Part shown: positions 1 to 10,062 of the stretch, in pieces
How the letters are laid out: the number at the start of each line of letters is the position of its first letter
Position numbering within the stretch: position 1 is the stretch's first letter
Source: Bacilli bacterium
Lineage (GTDB): Bacteria > Bacillota_I > Bacilli_A > RFN20 > CAG-826
Assembly (NCBI GenBank): GCA_024695105.1
Contig: JAILIV010000008.1
Coordinates: 1-59,985, forward strand
Direction: 5' to 3'
DNA length: 59,985 nucleotides
Program-made: the position numbers and the translations under genes
The notes under the pieces: generated by a model
Told to the model about the DNA's origin: nothing
Databases searched by the model: none
What the model saw: the letters and a program-made list of their open reading frames with translations, nothing else

Positions 1-378
1 GATACGGGACTCGCCTGTTACCTCGCTAGGCTGGGCGACCCCAAAAATCTGTCCTTAAGCTATTTCGCCGGCGCTTTCTTTGAGACGTACTGCGTCAATG
101 AAATCATAAAGGGCTTTAACAACCATGGCAGGAAGGCGGAATTCTACTATTACCGCGACAACCATCAAAACGAGATCGATCTCGTGATTCTCGAAAACGG
201 AGAACTTCATCCCGTTGAAATCAAAACCACGATGAATCCCAGCTCCTCCGATGTCAAAGCGTTCGCCCAACTTGAAGGTTCTGCCTATGAAATGGGGGTT
301 GGGTACCTCGTCTGCATGGCGAATCGGCTTTCTAAACTTAAGGAAAACGCGTTCGCGCTGCCGATATCCGCGATCTAG
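1..378 (+). CDS. AAA-family ATP-binding protein, DUF4143-type C-terminus (5'-partial)
   Basis: Frame 1 is open from base 1: DTGLACYL...FETYCVNEI...YYYRD...EIDLV...PVEIK, the typical C-terminus of AAA_14/DUF4143 proteins. Confidence 0.8.
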   Translation, partial: DTGLACYLARLGDPKNLSLSYFAGAFFETYCVNEIIKGFNNHGRKAEFYYYRDNHQNEIDLVILENGELHPVEIKTTMNPSSSDVKAFAQLEGSAYEMGVGYLVCMANRLSKLKENAFALPISAI

Positions 379-502
379 AATCATTTGCCCGAAACCTGAA
401 CCTCCCTTTGCCCTTAAGCCTTCCTTCTGGACAAATCCTTTTGCTTTTGAACAAGTTTATTATTTTCCCCTTTGCTAGGATAATCCCGTCAGGAGACGAA
501 CA

Positions 503-1393
503 ATGGAGTGGCTGACTTGCGTCAAGGCATCGATCGATTACATCGAAAACCACATAAAGGAAAGCGTAAACATCGATGACGTCGCGGATCAATGCCACAT
601 CTCAAGCTACTATCTGCAGGTTGGTTTTCAGATCATGACGGGCTATTCCATCGGCGAATATATCCGAAGCCGCAAGCTATATTTGGCAGCGGTAGACCTA
701 AATAGGGGCGGCAAGGTCATCGATGCCGCTTTGGATTATGGCTATGAGACCCCTGCGTCTTTTGCCAAGGCTTTCAAAAGGTTCCATGGCGTCGCCCCGT
801 CTAGAATCAAACGAAGCCAAATCAAAAGATTCGACCCCCTGACCATAAACATCGAGATCCAAGGAGGGGAAAGACGCAATATGGATTGCAAAATCACGGA
901 CATGTTCCCAATCAAATTGATTGGTTTCGTCAAAGAATTCGACATGGAGACTTCCTATAAGGAGATTCCATTATTCTGGGATGAGATATGCGAGAAATAC
1001 TGCTATCCCCATATTTATAGAGGATTGCCCGCCGAAAATGATTACGAGCAAGCAATCGTCGATAACTGCATCGGAGAATATGGCGTTTGCATTGGATGCC
1101 ATGGGAGCACATTCAAATATTTAATAGCCGGCAGATACACAGGTGGAAAAGTGCCAGAAGGTATGATGCTTTATGAATTCCCCGCGGGCAAATGGGCAAT
1201 CTTTGATTGCATCGGTCCATGCCCGGAAAAACTGCAGGAATTGAATACCAGAATCTTCAAAGAATGGTTGCCGTTCAATAAGGATTTTGAGTTGAGGGAA
1301 GATGGCAATCTCGAGTGGTATGACTGCATTAATGGCGAAAAAACCGACCCTGATTACCACACTCAGATCTGGCTTCCGATTAAATCCGTGTGA
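503..1393 (+). CDS. AraC-family transcriptional regulator with GyrI-like effector domain
   Basis: N-terminal AraC HTH (IDYIE...YIRSRKL...ALDYGYETPASFAKAFKRFHG), C-terminal GyrI-like domain ending IWLPIK; AGGAG RBS. Confidence 0.9.
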   Translation: MEWLTCVKASIDYIENHIKESVNIDDVADQCHISSYYLQVGFQIMTGYSIGEYIRSRKLYLAAVDLNRGGKVIDAALDYGYETPASFAKAFKRFHGVAPSRIKRSQIKRFDPLTINIEIQGGERRNMDCKITDMFPIKLIGFVKEFDMETSYKEIPLFWDEICEKYCYPHIYRGLPAENDYEQAIVDNCIGEYGVCIGCHGSTFKYLIAGRYTGGKVPEGMMLYEFPAGKWAIFDCIGPCPEKLQELNTRIFKEWLPFNKDFELREDGNLEWYDCINGEKTDPDYHTQIWLPIKSV

Positions 1394-1424
1394 TTCTGAT
1401 AAAACAAAGGGATTTTGACTTACC

Positions 1425-1460
1425 AACGGGATTCGAACCTTCAGAATCCCGTTTATTTAT
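1425..1460 (+). terminator. Likely intrinsic terminator of the araC-type gene
   Basis: Perfect 10-bp inverted repeat AACGGGATTC/GAATCCCGTT followed by a T-rich run. Confidence 0.55.
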
Positions 1461-1590
1461 AAAAAGGAGTATTTACAAAGTGACTGATGCATAAAGCCAG
1501 TCAAGTAACACATTAAAGCGGGCCCTTCCTTTCCCTTTGGGATTTATCTTCCTCTCCTATAAAATAAAGGCGAAGAAGGAACAAAGAAAC

Positions 1591-2688
1591 ATGAGATCGT
1601 TTTTGCTAAAGCAGTCGATGAAGATTTACGAGAATTCCGATGAGATGGGGTTTGACCACTCCGTCATTATCTTCGCGCCCCATCGCGTCTATGAAATCAT
1701 TCCGCCTGGATACGCCACCGACATTCTCAACATTTATGTTGATGAGATGGGAGAAGATTACATCGTCTACCGTAAAGCCGATTGCAAAAGCGGCAAACCA
1801 ATAGGCAAGGCGACGAAACTTTCCGTTAAGGAACCCCTTTGGTTTTCCCATACGGGAAGAGGGTCTTCCGTCGTTGAAAAGGAGATTGTAACGGCTGGGA
1901 AACATCGTTTTGAGTTGACTCCCGTCGATTTCATGAAGGACATGGATTCGCTTGATCCCTCGATCGTGGGAAACGCGCTTCGCGGTTTGATCGAGTCCGA
2001 GGAAACCCCGCTTGAGAAAAAGAAGGAGTACTTGGAAATCCTTTCCTCACGTTTTGGTTGGCTCGACTATGCCTACAAAGTTTATGCAAAGGGCCTTTAT
2101 GGCATCGGAAAGGACGAGGGCAAAATGATGGACATCCTCTCTTCTGGAATCGGAAGGGAAAGATTGCAGAAGTGGTTGAAAGACAACGGGGAGGTTTATG
2201 ACTCCTTATTGGAAACGCTGGATCCTCTTGCCGAACGTGCGGGAGGGGAATGGCATTGGTCGCACCTTAGCCACCTAAGCGCCCTTAGGAAAATGCTTGA
2301 GATCAAGATCCTTTTCAGCGAAGGGGATGAAAGCGGCGTTGAAAAACTAGACGCCCTTTTGACGAATTCCTTCCGAGACGATTACCCGTTCATTTACGAA
2401 GAAGGTTTGCGCGAGATGGCGGAATTCGCCGCGACGCATGAAGTGAATGAGAAGAATCTAGAGACCGCGAAGAACGATTACGCCGTATACCTCGTCATCA
2501 AAGATGGGGGCGATATCGTCAAGGAGACGATGAAGTACCACATCGAGCAGAGTTGGAACGACAACACCTGCAGGCTCGAAAGCGAAGACGTGATCCCCGA
2601 AGGGTTTGACCTGGAAAAGGTGCGGAACGTCTTGCAAAGGCACGCGGATAACGGCGACTTCATTGCCCAAAGCCTTTTAGGAAAATAG
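1591..2688 (+). CDS. Hypothetical protein
   Basis: Long ORF; ATG 1591 follows an AGAAGGA RBS-like sequence; no family recognised. Confidence 0.6.
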   Translation: MRSFLLKQSMKIYENSDEMGFDHSVIIFAPHRVYEIIPPGYATDILNIYVDEMGEDYIVYRKADCKSGKPIGKATKLSVKEPLWFSHTGRGSSVVEKEIVTAGKHRFELTPVDFMKDMDSLDPSIVGNALRGLIESEETPLEKKKEYLEILSSRFGWLDYAYKVYAKGLYGIGKDEGKMMDILSSGIGRERLQKWLKDNGEVYDSLLETLDPLAERAGGEWHWSHLSHLSALRKMLEIKILFSEGDESGVEKLDALLTNSFRDDYPFIYEEGLREMAEFAATHEVNEKNLETAKNDYAVYLVIKDGGDIVKETMKYHIEQSWNDNTCRLESEDVIPEGFDLEKVRNVLQRHADNGDFIAQSLLGK

Positions 2689-2868
2689 CTCTCTCCAAAA
2701 AAGATTCTTTATTATTCGAACGCCGTCTTGACCTAGCGATTCGATTCGTTCTTCCTCCTTCGTTTTAACTTCGGCGTCTGATACCGCTTTCTTCCTTTCG
2801 ATGTGCGAAAAACCCGCTCTATTATGAGTGCGCGGGCGTATTATGAATGGGCTCGCGGAGGTGAGCTT

Positions 2869-4953
2869 ATGAAAACGAAAACCTTACTCTTGTTGCCCGT
2901 TTCGGCCATCTGCTTAATGGGCTGCCAACCTCAATCTAACGACGACAAGCCCTATCTTTACGATGGGAGCTCCCGTCTCGTCATTCAGTCGTTTGGCGAT
3001 GAAAACACGGTCCCCATGCCTACGTATCGCCTGAAGAAGACGGGCGAAGTCCCTTATAGCGACGTCGCGGATTTCTTCTACGCCAACTGCGCGATCGGCG
3101 TGGTCAAAACCAAAGTGACGCACCAAGAAGGCATCTACCTAGTCCAAGACGATTCTGGGCGCCCGTTTGCTTCCTTTGATCCCGCCAAGGACGTCTTCAC
3201 GGTCGAGAATTACGAATATTGGAACTCTTTGTCCAAGCTTAATAACGGCGTTGGGCCGGACTTGGGCGCGGTGGATGAAACGCCCCAGGGCGCGGTCCAC
3301 CCGGGTAAATCCTCGAAATACCTCGGGGAAAGGAAGAAAGAGGTCTACGAGCTTTCCAAATACAACATCGACATCGTCGAGAACGATGGCCATTGCTACG
3401 TCCCGACGGCGTTTCTTGCCAACACCTATTACCGCTGGATCGGCAACGACTTAGCCTATAACGGCCTCGACTATTACCTTTCCGGCGTCCTTGCCTCGGG
3501 CACCATTTCCGTCATCAACGCTAGCTTCTACGCCACCAAGGACCGCTTCATGGCCCTAGAAGGGGTGGACGCGGTCGCCTATGACCCCGTCGGGGAGGAA
3601 AGCTACCGCTACGCCTATCCGGTGACCAAAGAGGACAAGACCATTTACCGCATCCTCTCCTTGACCAAAGACGGCAAAGGGAAATTGTTGACCGCCTCTA
3701 GCCCCAAAGAGGCGGGGAAAGAAGAACCCATCGACGGCGTGAACGTGAGCTACGCGTGGCAAAAGAAAGAAGACGCCTTGCTCGTGAACGTCACCTATTC
3801 CATGGTCGATCCCAACACCAATCAAACTATTTCCGTTCCCAAAGGGACGCAGAAGATCCCGCTGAAGGAAGGTTTCTACAAGAGCAACCGTTCCAAACAG
3901 ATGGCGGACTTCACCTATGACCTGCTCCGTTTCCAATTCGACCATTACTATGGCCTGAAGGACGTCGCGGGTTATCAGGACTTCGACGCCTATGCTTCCT
4001 CCAAAGGCTTGAAAGATGGCCTTCATAGTTTGGATAACGACACCTATAACAAGGCTTTGGCCACGTTGCTTATGACGCATATCGACGATGGGCATACGCA
4101 ATATTCCTTGCCCTCCATCTTCTCGGGCAAGACCAAAAGCGATGGGCAAAAACTCGCCGGGGAGACCCTTGGCAATCGTTTCAAAACCTTAGGGCAAAAG
4201 CGCGCTGAATACATGGCGCTTCGCGAAAAGACGATGGGCGCCCCCGAAGGAACCAACCTGCAGGGCTATTTCACCAAGGGCAACACCGCGGTGATCCGCT
4301 TCGACGGGTTCGACGCCCCGGGCACGATCGTGGCCAACGTCAAGCCCGAGGATATGGAGACGCTAGACCCCTTAAGCTACATCGCCAACGGGGACATCCC
4401 GGCCGCCTTCGACGCCTCCTTCTACCGCATCGGCAAAAACAAGGACATCAAAAACGTGGTCATCGACCTCACCTGCAATGGCGGGGGTTCGGTCATGGTC
4501 ATTCCCTATATCGCGGCGCATTTCAGCAAAGACCCGACCATCTATTCGGAAGATATCGCCATGGGCGTGAAGAAGGAATTCCATTACGCGGTGGACCTCA
4601 ACCACGACCAAATCTACGGTGGGGAAGGGGACTCCTACGAAGGGAAATACACCTTCTACGTGCTCACCAGCGACTTCTCCTTCTCTTGTGCCTCCTTCTT
4701 GCCCGCGGTGGCCAAAAGCGCCGGCGTGAAGATCATCGGCAAGAAGTCGGGTGGCGGCGCGTGCTCGGTCGGCGCATTCTCGGATGGCTGTGGCTCGGTG
4801 TATAACATCTCCTCGCCCCAGCGCACCCTTTATAAGGTCGGCGATTCCTTCGCCCACATTGACGCGGGCGTGCCCTTAGACCATGAGCTTGACAGCGCTT
4901 CTTGGTATAATCTTGACGCGCTGAACACGTTCCTCAATAACCTCGGGAAATAG
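2869..4953 (+). CDS. S41-family peptidase lipoprotein
   Basis: Lipobox LMGC; C-terminal S41 motifs VIDLTCNGGGS, FSFSCA and IIGKKSGGG; GGAGG RBS. Confidence 0.8.
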   Translation: MKTKTLLLLPVSAICLMGCQPQSNDDKPYLYDGSSRLVIQSFGDENTVPMPTYRLKKTGEVPYSDVADFFYANCAIGVVKTKVTHQEGIYLVQDDSGRPFASFDPAKDVFTVENYEYWNSLSKLNNGVGPDLGAVDETPQGAVHPGKSSKYLGERKKEVYELSKYNIDIVENDGHCYVPTAFLANTYYRWIGNDLAYNGLDYYLSGVLASGTISVINASFYATKDRFMALEGVDAVAYDPVGEESYRYAYPVTKEDKTIYRILSLTKDGKGKLLTASSPKEAGKEEPIDGVNVSYAWQKKEDALLVNVTYSMVDPNTNQTISVPKGTQKIPLKEGFYKSNRSKQMADFTYDLLRFQFDHYYGLKDVAGYQDFDAYASSKGLKDGLHSLDNDTYNKALATLLMTHIDDGHTQYSLPSIFSGKTKSDGQKLAGETLGNRFKTLGQKRAEYMALREKTMGAPEGTNLQGYFTKGNTAVIRFDGFDAPGTIVANVKPEDMETLDPLSYIANGDIPAAFDASFYRIGKNKDIKNVVIDLTCNGGGSVMVIPYIAAHFSKDPTIYSEDIAMGVKKEFHYAVDLNHDQIYGGEGDSYEGKYTFYVLTSDFSFSCASFLPAVAKSAGVKIIGKKSGGGACSVGAFSDGCGSVYNISSPQRTLYKVGDSFAHIDAGVPLDHELDSASWYNLDALNTFLNNLGK

Positions 4954-4979
4954 GCTCAAAAGACAAAGCCAAAAGGATT

Positions 4980-5008
4980 CCCTCGGCTAGGGCCGGGGGT
5001 TTTCTTTC
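4980..5008 (+). terminator. Intrinsic terminator
   Basis: CCCTCGGC-tagg-GCCGGGGG hairpin (one G-U pair) plus T tract. Confidence 0.7.
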
Positions 5009-5068
5009 TGCGGGGTGTGGAAGTTTAATTGCATACTTTTGTGGTAAAAATATGCAATTAAATACCCG

Positions 5069-6022
5069 TTAGCGTTTCTTTTTCTTCTTACTATTGGGGT
5101 TGTAGATGATGTGCTGGGCAACCCCGTCGACGATTTCGTTTTCGGGGTGGCATTCATGGAAGGTTTTGAGGACTTCCGGATCGTTTTTGAGCTCCTCGGG
5201 CAAAAGATTGAAGGCGAGGGGACTGGTCTTCATCGCGGCCAGGATGACCTCGGGGTCTTTTTTCATTTCCTCGGAAGCGTCGGCGATGGAATAGCCATCG
5301 TGGGTCACCGCGGCAAGGACCACTTCCTTGTCGTTCCTTAGCCGTTCGCTGGCGGCGGCGAAGTTGAAGTGGGTCCATTCGCCTTGGACGGAGGCCAATA
5401 CCACTTCCTTGTCGTCTTTTAGTTCATCGGAGGTGTAGGGGAGCGCGGCGTGATAGTTGCTCACGGCGGTCAGAGTGATCTCACGGTCAAAGCGGAACTC
5501 CTGCTTGAGCTCCTCAAAGTACATGCCCGCGGTTTTCATGGCCAAGAGGCACATGTCATGGTCATCAAGGTATTTTTCTAGACCGTGAAGGAACAGGGAA
5601 GAGCCATCGTGCTTCACGGAAGCCCAGACGATATCGCGGTTGTTTCTTAGCTCGTCGGAGATGAATTGGATGGCGGACCCACCGTGGGAGACGGCTTCTA
5701 ACGCCACGTCATAATCAAACCGGATTTCCTCGGGGTAAACGTAAAACCAGTCCGCGCAATATTTGATGGTGGATAACGCGAACTTCTTGTCGTGGAGCAA
5801 TTCGCCGGACATGCAACCTGGGAAATTGCCATGTTTTAGGGCTTCCCGCACGATTTGTTTGTCGTTTTGGAATTCCTCACAGACGTATTCCAAAGCGTCG
5901 GAATCCATCTTGACGGCTTTTAGGGCGAATTCCCTGTTTTTCCATAGGGAGGGCGGGAAATCGCTTCTTCTCTTCTTAAGTTTCTTAAGGACTTCTTTTT
6001 CAATGAACGCTTTGGAACTCAT
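5069..6022 (-). CDS. DUF4116 repeat protein
   Basis: Repeated 'L..DKEVVLAAV' units (ELKDDKEVVLASV, RLRNDKEVVLAAV, MKKDPEVILAAM). Confidence 0.85.
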   Translation of the reverse strand: MSSKAFIEKEVLKKLKKRRSDFPPSLWKNREFALKAVKMDSDALEYVCEEFQNDKQIVREALKHGNFPGCMSGELLHDKKFALSTIKYCADWFYVYPEEIRFDYDVALEAVSHGGSAIQFISDELRNNRDIVWASVKHDGSSLFLHGLEKYLDDHDMCLLAMKTAGMYFEELKQEFRFDREITLTAVSNYHAALPYTSDELKDDKEVVLASVQGEWTHFNFAAASERLRNDKEVVLAAVTHDGYSIADASEEMKKDPEVILAAMKTSPLAFNLLPEELKNDPEVLKTFHECHPENEIVDGVAQHIIYNPNSKKKKKR

Positions 6023-6152
6023 ACGAATATTATCCCCCTTCGGCGATAGAGAATGGACAAAAAAAGGATACGGGCATGGACGCTTGCTTGTGCCCGATGA
6101 GGCAAATGAATTATCTTAATAACGGCCGTTATTATTTTCCTGGGAGTCTCGT

Positions 6153-7907
6153 ATGCGATTGTTTTCCAAACCAGTATGCCTATCCCTGTCCGTTCTCGTT
6201 TTGGCTTTGTCCGCTTGTTCTAGCGGGGGAGGGAAAACGAATTCAAGTTCCAGCGCGACGACGTCGGAAGCCTCGGTGACGTCGCAAACGGGCTCTTCCA
6301 GCTCCAGCGTGGCGTCATCGGAAACCTCTTCCTCCACCGGGAATGGTTCCCAAACGGAAAAGACCTACACCATCACGTGGACCAATTATGACGGCAAGGT
6401 TTTGGAAAAAGATGAGAACGTCAAGGCCGGGACGATGCCCACTTACGATGGGGATAGGCCCACCAAGCCCGAGGACGAGGAATACGCCTATTCCTTCAAG
6501 GACTGGTACCCATCGATCTATGCGGCGAACAAGGACCAAACCTACGTCGCCCAATTCGAGCGGACAAAGGTGTTCTATAAGCTCATTTACACCCTTAACG
6601 GCGGGACGAACTCCCCGAACAATCCTTCTAAGTATCGCGTGGGCACGTCCTTCACGTTTTATCCGGCGACCAAGACCGGGTATTCGTTTGAAGGCTGGTT
6701 CTGGAGCAGTGGCGTCCAGATCACGGAAATCACCCCAGAGACGACGGGGGACATCTATTTGAACGCGCGGTGGAAGGCGGTGAAGAATACCCTTTCCGTC
6801 ACCAGCGAAGACACGTCCAAAGGCACCGTGGGCATCGTGTCCGGGGAAGGCTATTCCGGGGAGTTGATCACGGTGAAGGCGACTCCGGCCCTAGGCTATA
6901 AATTCGGCGGTTGGTACAACAAGACCACGAAAGTCAGCGGCGAGGCGACCTATACGTTCACCATGCCGACGAACGATTACGCCTTGGTGGCGAAATTCGC
7001 CTTTGACGAAGAATACGCGGTGAACCATGGCATGATCCCATCTTTCTCTAGCGACCAAAAGACGGTCACGTATGGGCTATATCCCAACAAGTACGTCAGC
7101 GACGAGACGATGTTGGCCGCGTTAGGCAAACTAAAGACGCCCGAGGCCAACGGCTATTACCTGTATGATGGTGACTATTACGCGAAGACGGTGGCGAAGC
7201 CTTATAAGAGCAACTATCAGTTCAAAGACCGTACGACCATCGTGGCGGGCACGACCTATTGGTTTAAATGCGAACCCCTTCAATGGGACGTGCTGTCCAA
7301 CACTAACGGCGAGTGCTTCTTGATGGCGTCTGACATCATTGACGCGGGCTGTTACTACAATTCCCAGGAAAAAAGGATCATCGACAACTGGTGGGTTTAT
7401 CCAAACAATTACCAGTATAGCGACATTCGCGCGTGGCTTAACGGATATGACGGAAGCGACTATAGCGCGGGAGACTATGGCAACGATAACTTCGTCCGTT
7501 CGGCCTTCGGCTTAGGCGATGACTATGTGAAGACGAAAACAGTCGACAATAGCCCAGAAACCACCAATAGCCCGGCGAACTCCTTCTATTGCAACGACAC
7601 CGAAGACGCGGTTTTCCTTGGGTCCTACCAAGACTTCGTCAACACGGACTATGGGTTCCCGTCCCACTCCAACAGCGACGACTCCCGGGAATGCATACCC
7701 ACGGATTGGGCGAAGGCCCGCGGCGCCGTTTACCGTGTGAAATATTACCCTTACGCGGGAAGCTATTGGACGCGTTCGCCGGACACGTTGAAAAACGGAG
7801 AGTACACGGTTTGGGTCGTGAATGACGTCGGCGGCATTGGGTTTGACTCCACGGAATGGGACGCCAATGGCATCCGTCCGGGGATTTGTCTCAAAACCAC
7901 CAAATAA
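6153..7907 (+). CDS. Surface lipoprotein with InlB B-repeat/Flg_new-like repeats and a DUF6273-like C-terminal domain
   Basis: Lipobox LSAC, Ser/Thr-rich linker, YTITWTNYDG / FEGW / LNARW repeats, C-terminal CEPLQWDVL...YWTRSP...GIRP. Confidence 0.75.
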   Translation: MRLFSKPVCLSLSVLVLALSACSSGGGKTNSSSSATTSEASVTSQTGSSSSSVASSETSSSTGNGSQTEKTYTITWTNYDGKVLEKDENVKAGTMPTYDGDRPTKPEDEEYAYSFKDWYPSIYAANKDQTYVAQFERTKVFYKLIYTLNGGTNSPNNPSKYRVGTSFTFYPATKTGYSFEGWFWSSGVQITEITPETTGDIYLNARWKAVKNTLSVTSEDTSKGTVGIVSGEGYSGELITVKATPALGYKFGGWYNKTTKVSGEATYTFTMPTNDYALVAKFAFDEEYAVNHGMIPSFSSDQKTVTYGLYPNKYVSDETMLAALGKLKTPEANGYYLYDGDYYAKTVAKPYKSNYQFKDRTTIVAGTTYWFKCEPLQWDVLSNTNGECFLMASDIIDAGCYYNSQEKRIIDNWWVYPNNYQYSDIRAWLNGYDGSDYSAGDYGNDNFVRSAFGLGDDYVKTKTVDNSPETTNSPANSFYCNDTEDAVFLGSYQDFVNTDYGFPSHSNSDDSRECIPTDWAKARGAVYRVKYYPYAGSYWTRSPDTLKNGEYTVWVVNDVGGIGFDSTEWDANGIRPGICLKTTK

Positions 7908-7935
7908 AGATTTGCGTTAGGCGGTTCATCTTCCT

Positions 7936-8715
7936 ATGAGAAAGCAACACCTTGGTTGGATCATTGGGGTCTTCGGGATCGTGGGCACCGTCTATGGCGC
8001 GTATTTGCTTATCTATCACCACAACCATGGCAATGGGCTTTCCGTTCCCGCCTTGATATTGCTCGTCACGGGCATCGTCGCGTTGATCTTTGCCTTATCG
8101 TTAGCCATTTCCGTTTACGTCTTCGACAAGAAGAAGGCAAAAAACGTGGAATCCGTGCCCGCGGAGAAAGAACAGAAAGCGGAAGAGAAAGTGGCTGAGC
8201 CAGTCCAAGTAGAAAAGGCGAGTGCGCTTTCTGCCGAGCCTGAGCCTGAACCAGAGCCCGAACCAGATGCTGAACCGGAAGAAGAACCAGAGCAAGAAGA
8301 TGTGGAGGATGAGGTTTCGTATGAACCAATTCCCCAAAGTTCTTACAGTCATTCCTCAAGGGTTTCCTATTCCACGGCCTACGTCAAATTGGTGGGCTAC
8401 GGCCCTTTGCTTCGCGTCGAGGGACCGCGCATCTTGGACATGCGCAGCAACACCTATTACCGGATTGAGGGCGACGTTGTCATGCAAGAGGGGTATGGCA
8501 TCCGTTACGAGATACGGGGGAATCAAATCCGGGACGCTTTTGGCGGGTACCTCTACGAATATAGCGGAAGCAACATCAACAAGGTGTTCGGCGGTTTCTA
8601 TGCCTCCGTCAGCGGTAGTTACATCACCCTTTACGATTCGTCCAAAAAATACGAAGTAACGGATTCGCTGTCCAAAAAGCAGATTCTCGTCGTGGTCGCG
8701 TTGTTATTTCAATAA
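7936..8715 (+). CDS. Hypothetical membrane protein with Pro-Glu linker
   Basis: Two N-terminal TM segments, an EPEPEPEPEP tract and a Tyr/Gly-rich C-terminal domain. Confidence 0.65.
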   Translation: MRKQHLGWIIGVFGIVGTVYGAYLLIYHHNHGNGLSVPALILLVTGIVALIFALSLAISVYVFDKKKAKNVESVPAEKEQKAEEKVAEPVQVEKASALSAEPEPEPEPEPDAEPEEEPEQEDVEDEVSYEPIPQSSYSHSSRVSYSTAYVKLVGYGPLLRVEGPRILDMRSNTYYRIEGDVVMQEGYGIRYEIRGNQIRDAFGGYLYEYSGSNINKVFGGFYASVSGSYITLYDSSKKYEVTDSLSKKQILVVVALLFQ

Positions 8716-8721
8716 CGCCTT

Positions 8722-8838
8722 TTAATAAATGTCAAAGGCCGAGTCGGGAAGGGCTGCAAAGATGCGTTCTAGGGTGAGCTTTCGGGCGAGGGCGCTTCCC
8801 ATGCCTCCGCTGACGCCAGACAAAACAACGCTTCCCAT
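8722..8838 (-). pseudogene. Remnant of a short-chain dehydrogenase (N-terminal Rossmann motif only)
   Basis: Manual translation MGSVVLSGVSGGMGSALARKLTLERIFAALPDSAFDIY*; the first ~21 aa match the SDR TGxxxGxG beta1-alphaA motif and the ORF stops at 38 aa. Confidence 0.55.
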
Positions 8839-8862
8839 GTTAGGAGCATTCTAACCTATCGT

Positions 8863-9657
8863 TTAGAAAGAAAGGCAATCCAAGGCGAGCATGATCACGA
8901 AACCGAGGACGAAGGACCAAACACCAAAATGGTCGTGCCCTTGGCTGGTCATCTCCGGAATCATCTCTTCCGCCACGACGTAGATCATGCATCCTGCCGC
9001 GAAGGCCAAGGCCCAAGGCATGATCCCTTGGATCTGCATGGCCAGGAACAAGCCGATCACCGCGGCGATGGGCTCGACGGCTCCGGAAAGCATGCCGAAT
9101 AAGAACGCCTTTCCCGAGGAACCCGTCTCACTTTTGACTGGTAAGGAAACGACAGCCCCTTCGGGAATGTTCTGTAGCCCAATGCCAATGGAAAGGAGCA
9201 ATGCCCCCAGTAAAAGGGCCGCGTTATTCTGCGTCGCGAAGGCTACGCCGAAACCAATGCCGACCGATAGCCCTTCGGGGACGTTATGGATGGTCACCGC
9301 CAGAAACATCTTGGACGTTTTGGGTAAGGTTTTGGCTGGGAGTCCTTCGTCTTGGTTTTCTTTTGTATGGAAGTGGGGGACGAGTTTATCGATGCCCCAA
9401 AGGAATAGGGCGCCAAGAAGTATGGATATGGTGACGACGAGCCAGCTTGCCATATAGCTTACCTCGGTTTCCAATGCTGGTTTGATCAGTGAGAAGAACG
9501 AGGCGGAAAGCATGACCCCGGCGGCAAAGCCCGTGAAGGCTTTCCCTAGCTTTGGGGATATTTCCTTGCCTTTGAAAAGGAATACGGAAAGCGCGCCGAG
9601 GGTGGTGCAAAGGAAGATCAGCGGTATGCCTATTAACGGATACGCGTAATCGGGCAT
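8863..9657 (-). CDS. ZIP-family (ZupT/GufA) metal transporter
   Basis: Signature motifs AVTIHNVPEGLSVG, IGLQNIPEG and FAAGCMIYV. Confidence 0.93.
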   Translation of the reverse strand: MPDYAYPLIGIPLIFLCTTLGALSVFLFKGKEISPKLGKAFTGFAAGVMLSASFFSLIKPALETEVSYMASWLVVTISILLGALFLWGIDKLVPHFHTKENQDEGLPAKTLPKTSKMFLAVTIHNVPEGLSVGIGFGVAFATQNNAALLLGALLLSIGIGLQNIPEGAVVSLPVKSETGSSGKAFLFGMLSGAVEPIAAVIGLFLAMQIQGIMPWALAFAAGCMIYVVAEEMIPEMTSQGHDHFGVWSFVLGFVIMLALDCLSF

Positions 9658-9660
9658 GGG

Positions 9661-9909
9661 TTACCTCCAGCCGAACAGTCTCTTGACGGCCTCCGTCTTT
9701 TGGAAGGAAGTGACGCGATATCCCGTGGGGGCAAAGACGTTTTCGAAATCCATTTGGGACATTTCCCTTTCGGTGATGACGATCAGTTGGTTTTTGATGT
9801 GGGAGGCTTTCGCCTTCTTGACGGGCACCGCTTTGGCGACGGCTTCCTCCACATGCATTTCGCACATGCCACAGCGCATGCCGTCGATTCCTAAGATGTA
9901 TTTGTTCAT
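9661..9909 (-). CDS. Heavy-metal-associated (HMA) domain protein
   Basis: IDGMRCGMC metal-binding motif; AGGAG RBS before ATG 9909. Confidence 0.88.
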   Translation of the reverse strand: MNKYILGIDGMRCGMCEMHVEEAVAKAVPVKKAKASHIKNQLIVITEREMSQMDFENVFAPTGYRVTSFQKTEAVKRLFGWR

Positions 9910-9969
9910 GAGTAGCTCCTTATGTGTTCGAAGTGGCCATTGCAATGAGCCACCAAAGGATATTACACC

Positions 9970-9992
9970 AAAAGTTAATATAAATTAACAAT
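9970..9992 (-). promoter_or_regulatory. Putative metalloregulator operator (GTTAA-N6-TTAAC)
   Basis: Minus-strand ATTGTTAATTTATATTAACTTTT is 21/23 identical to the site upstream of feoA (42432-42454). Confidence 0.65.
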
Positions 9993-10062
9993 ATATGAAA
10001 CCAAAGGTTCGCTTGCTCTAAGATGAAAAAGAAAACGGGGCGCCTGCCCCGTGAGGATTGCC

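Noticed and set aside
1421-1453. CCAACGGGATTCGAACC resembles the reverse complement of a tRNA 3' end or an att site
   Set aside because: On the minus strand the would-be T-stem (GAAGG/CCCGT) does not pair and there is no acceptor or CCA. A terminator hairpin explains the sequence better.
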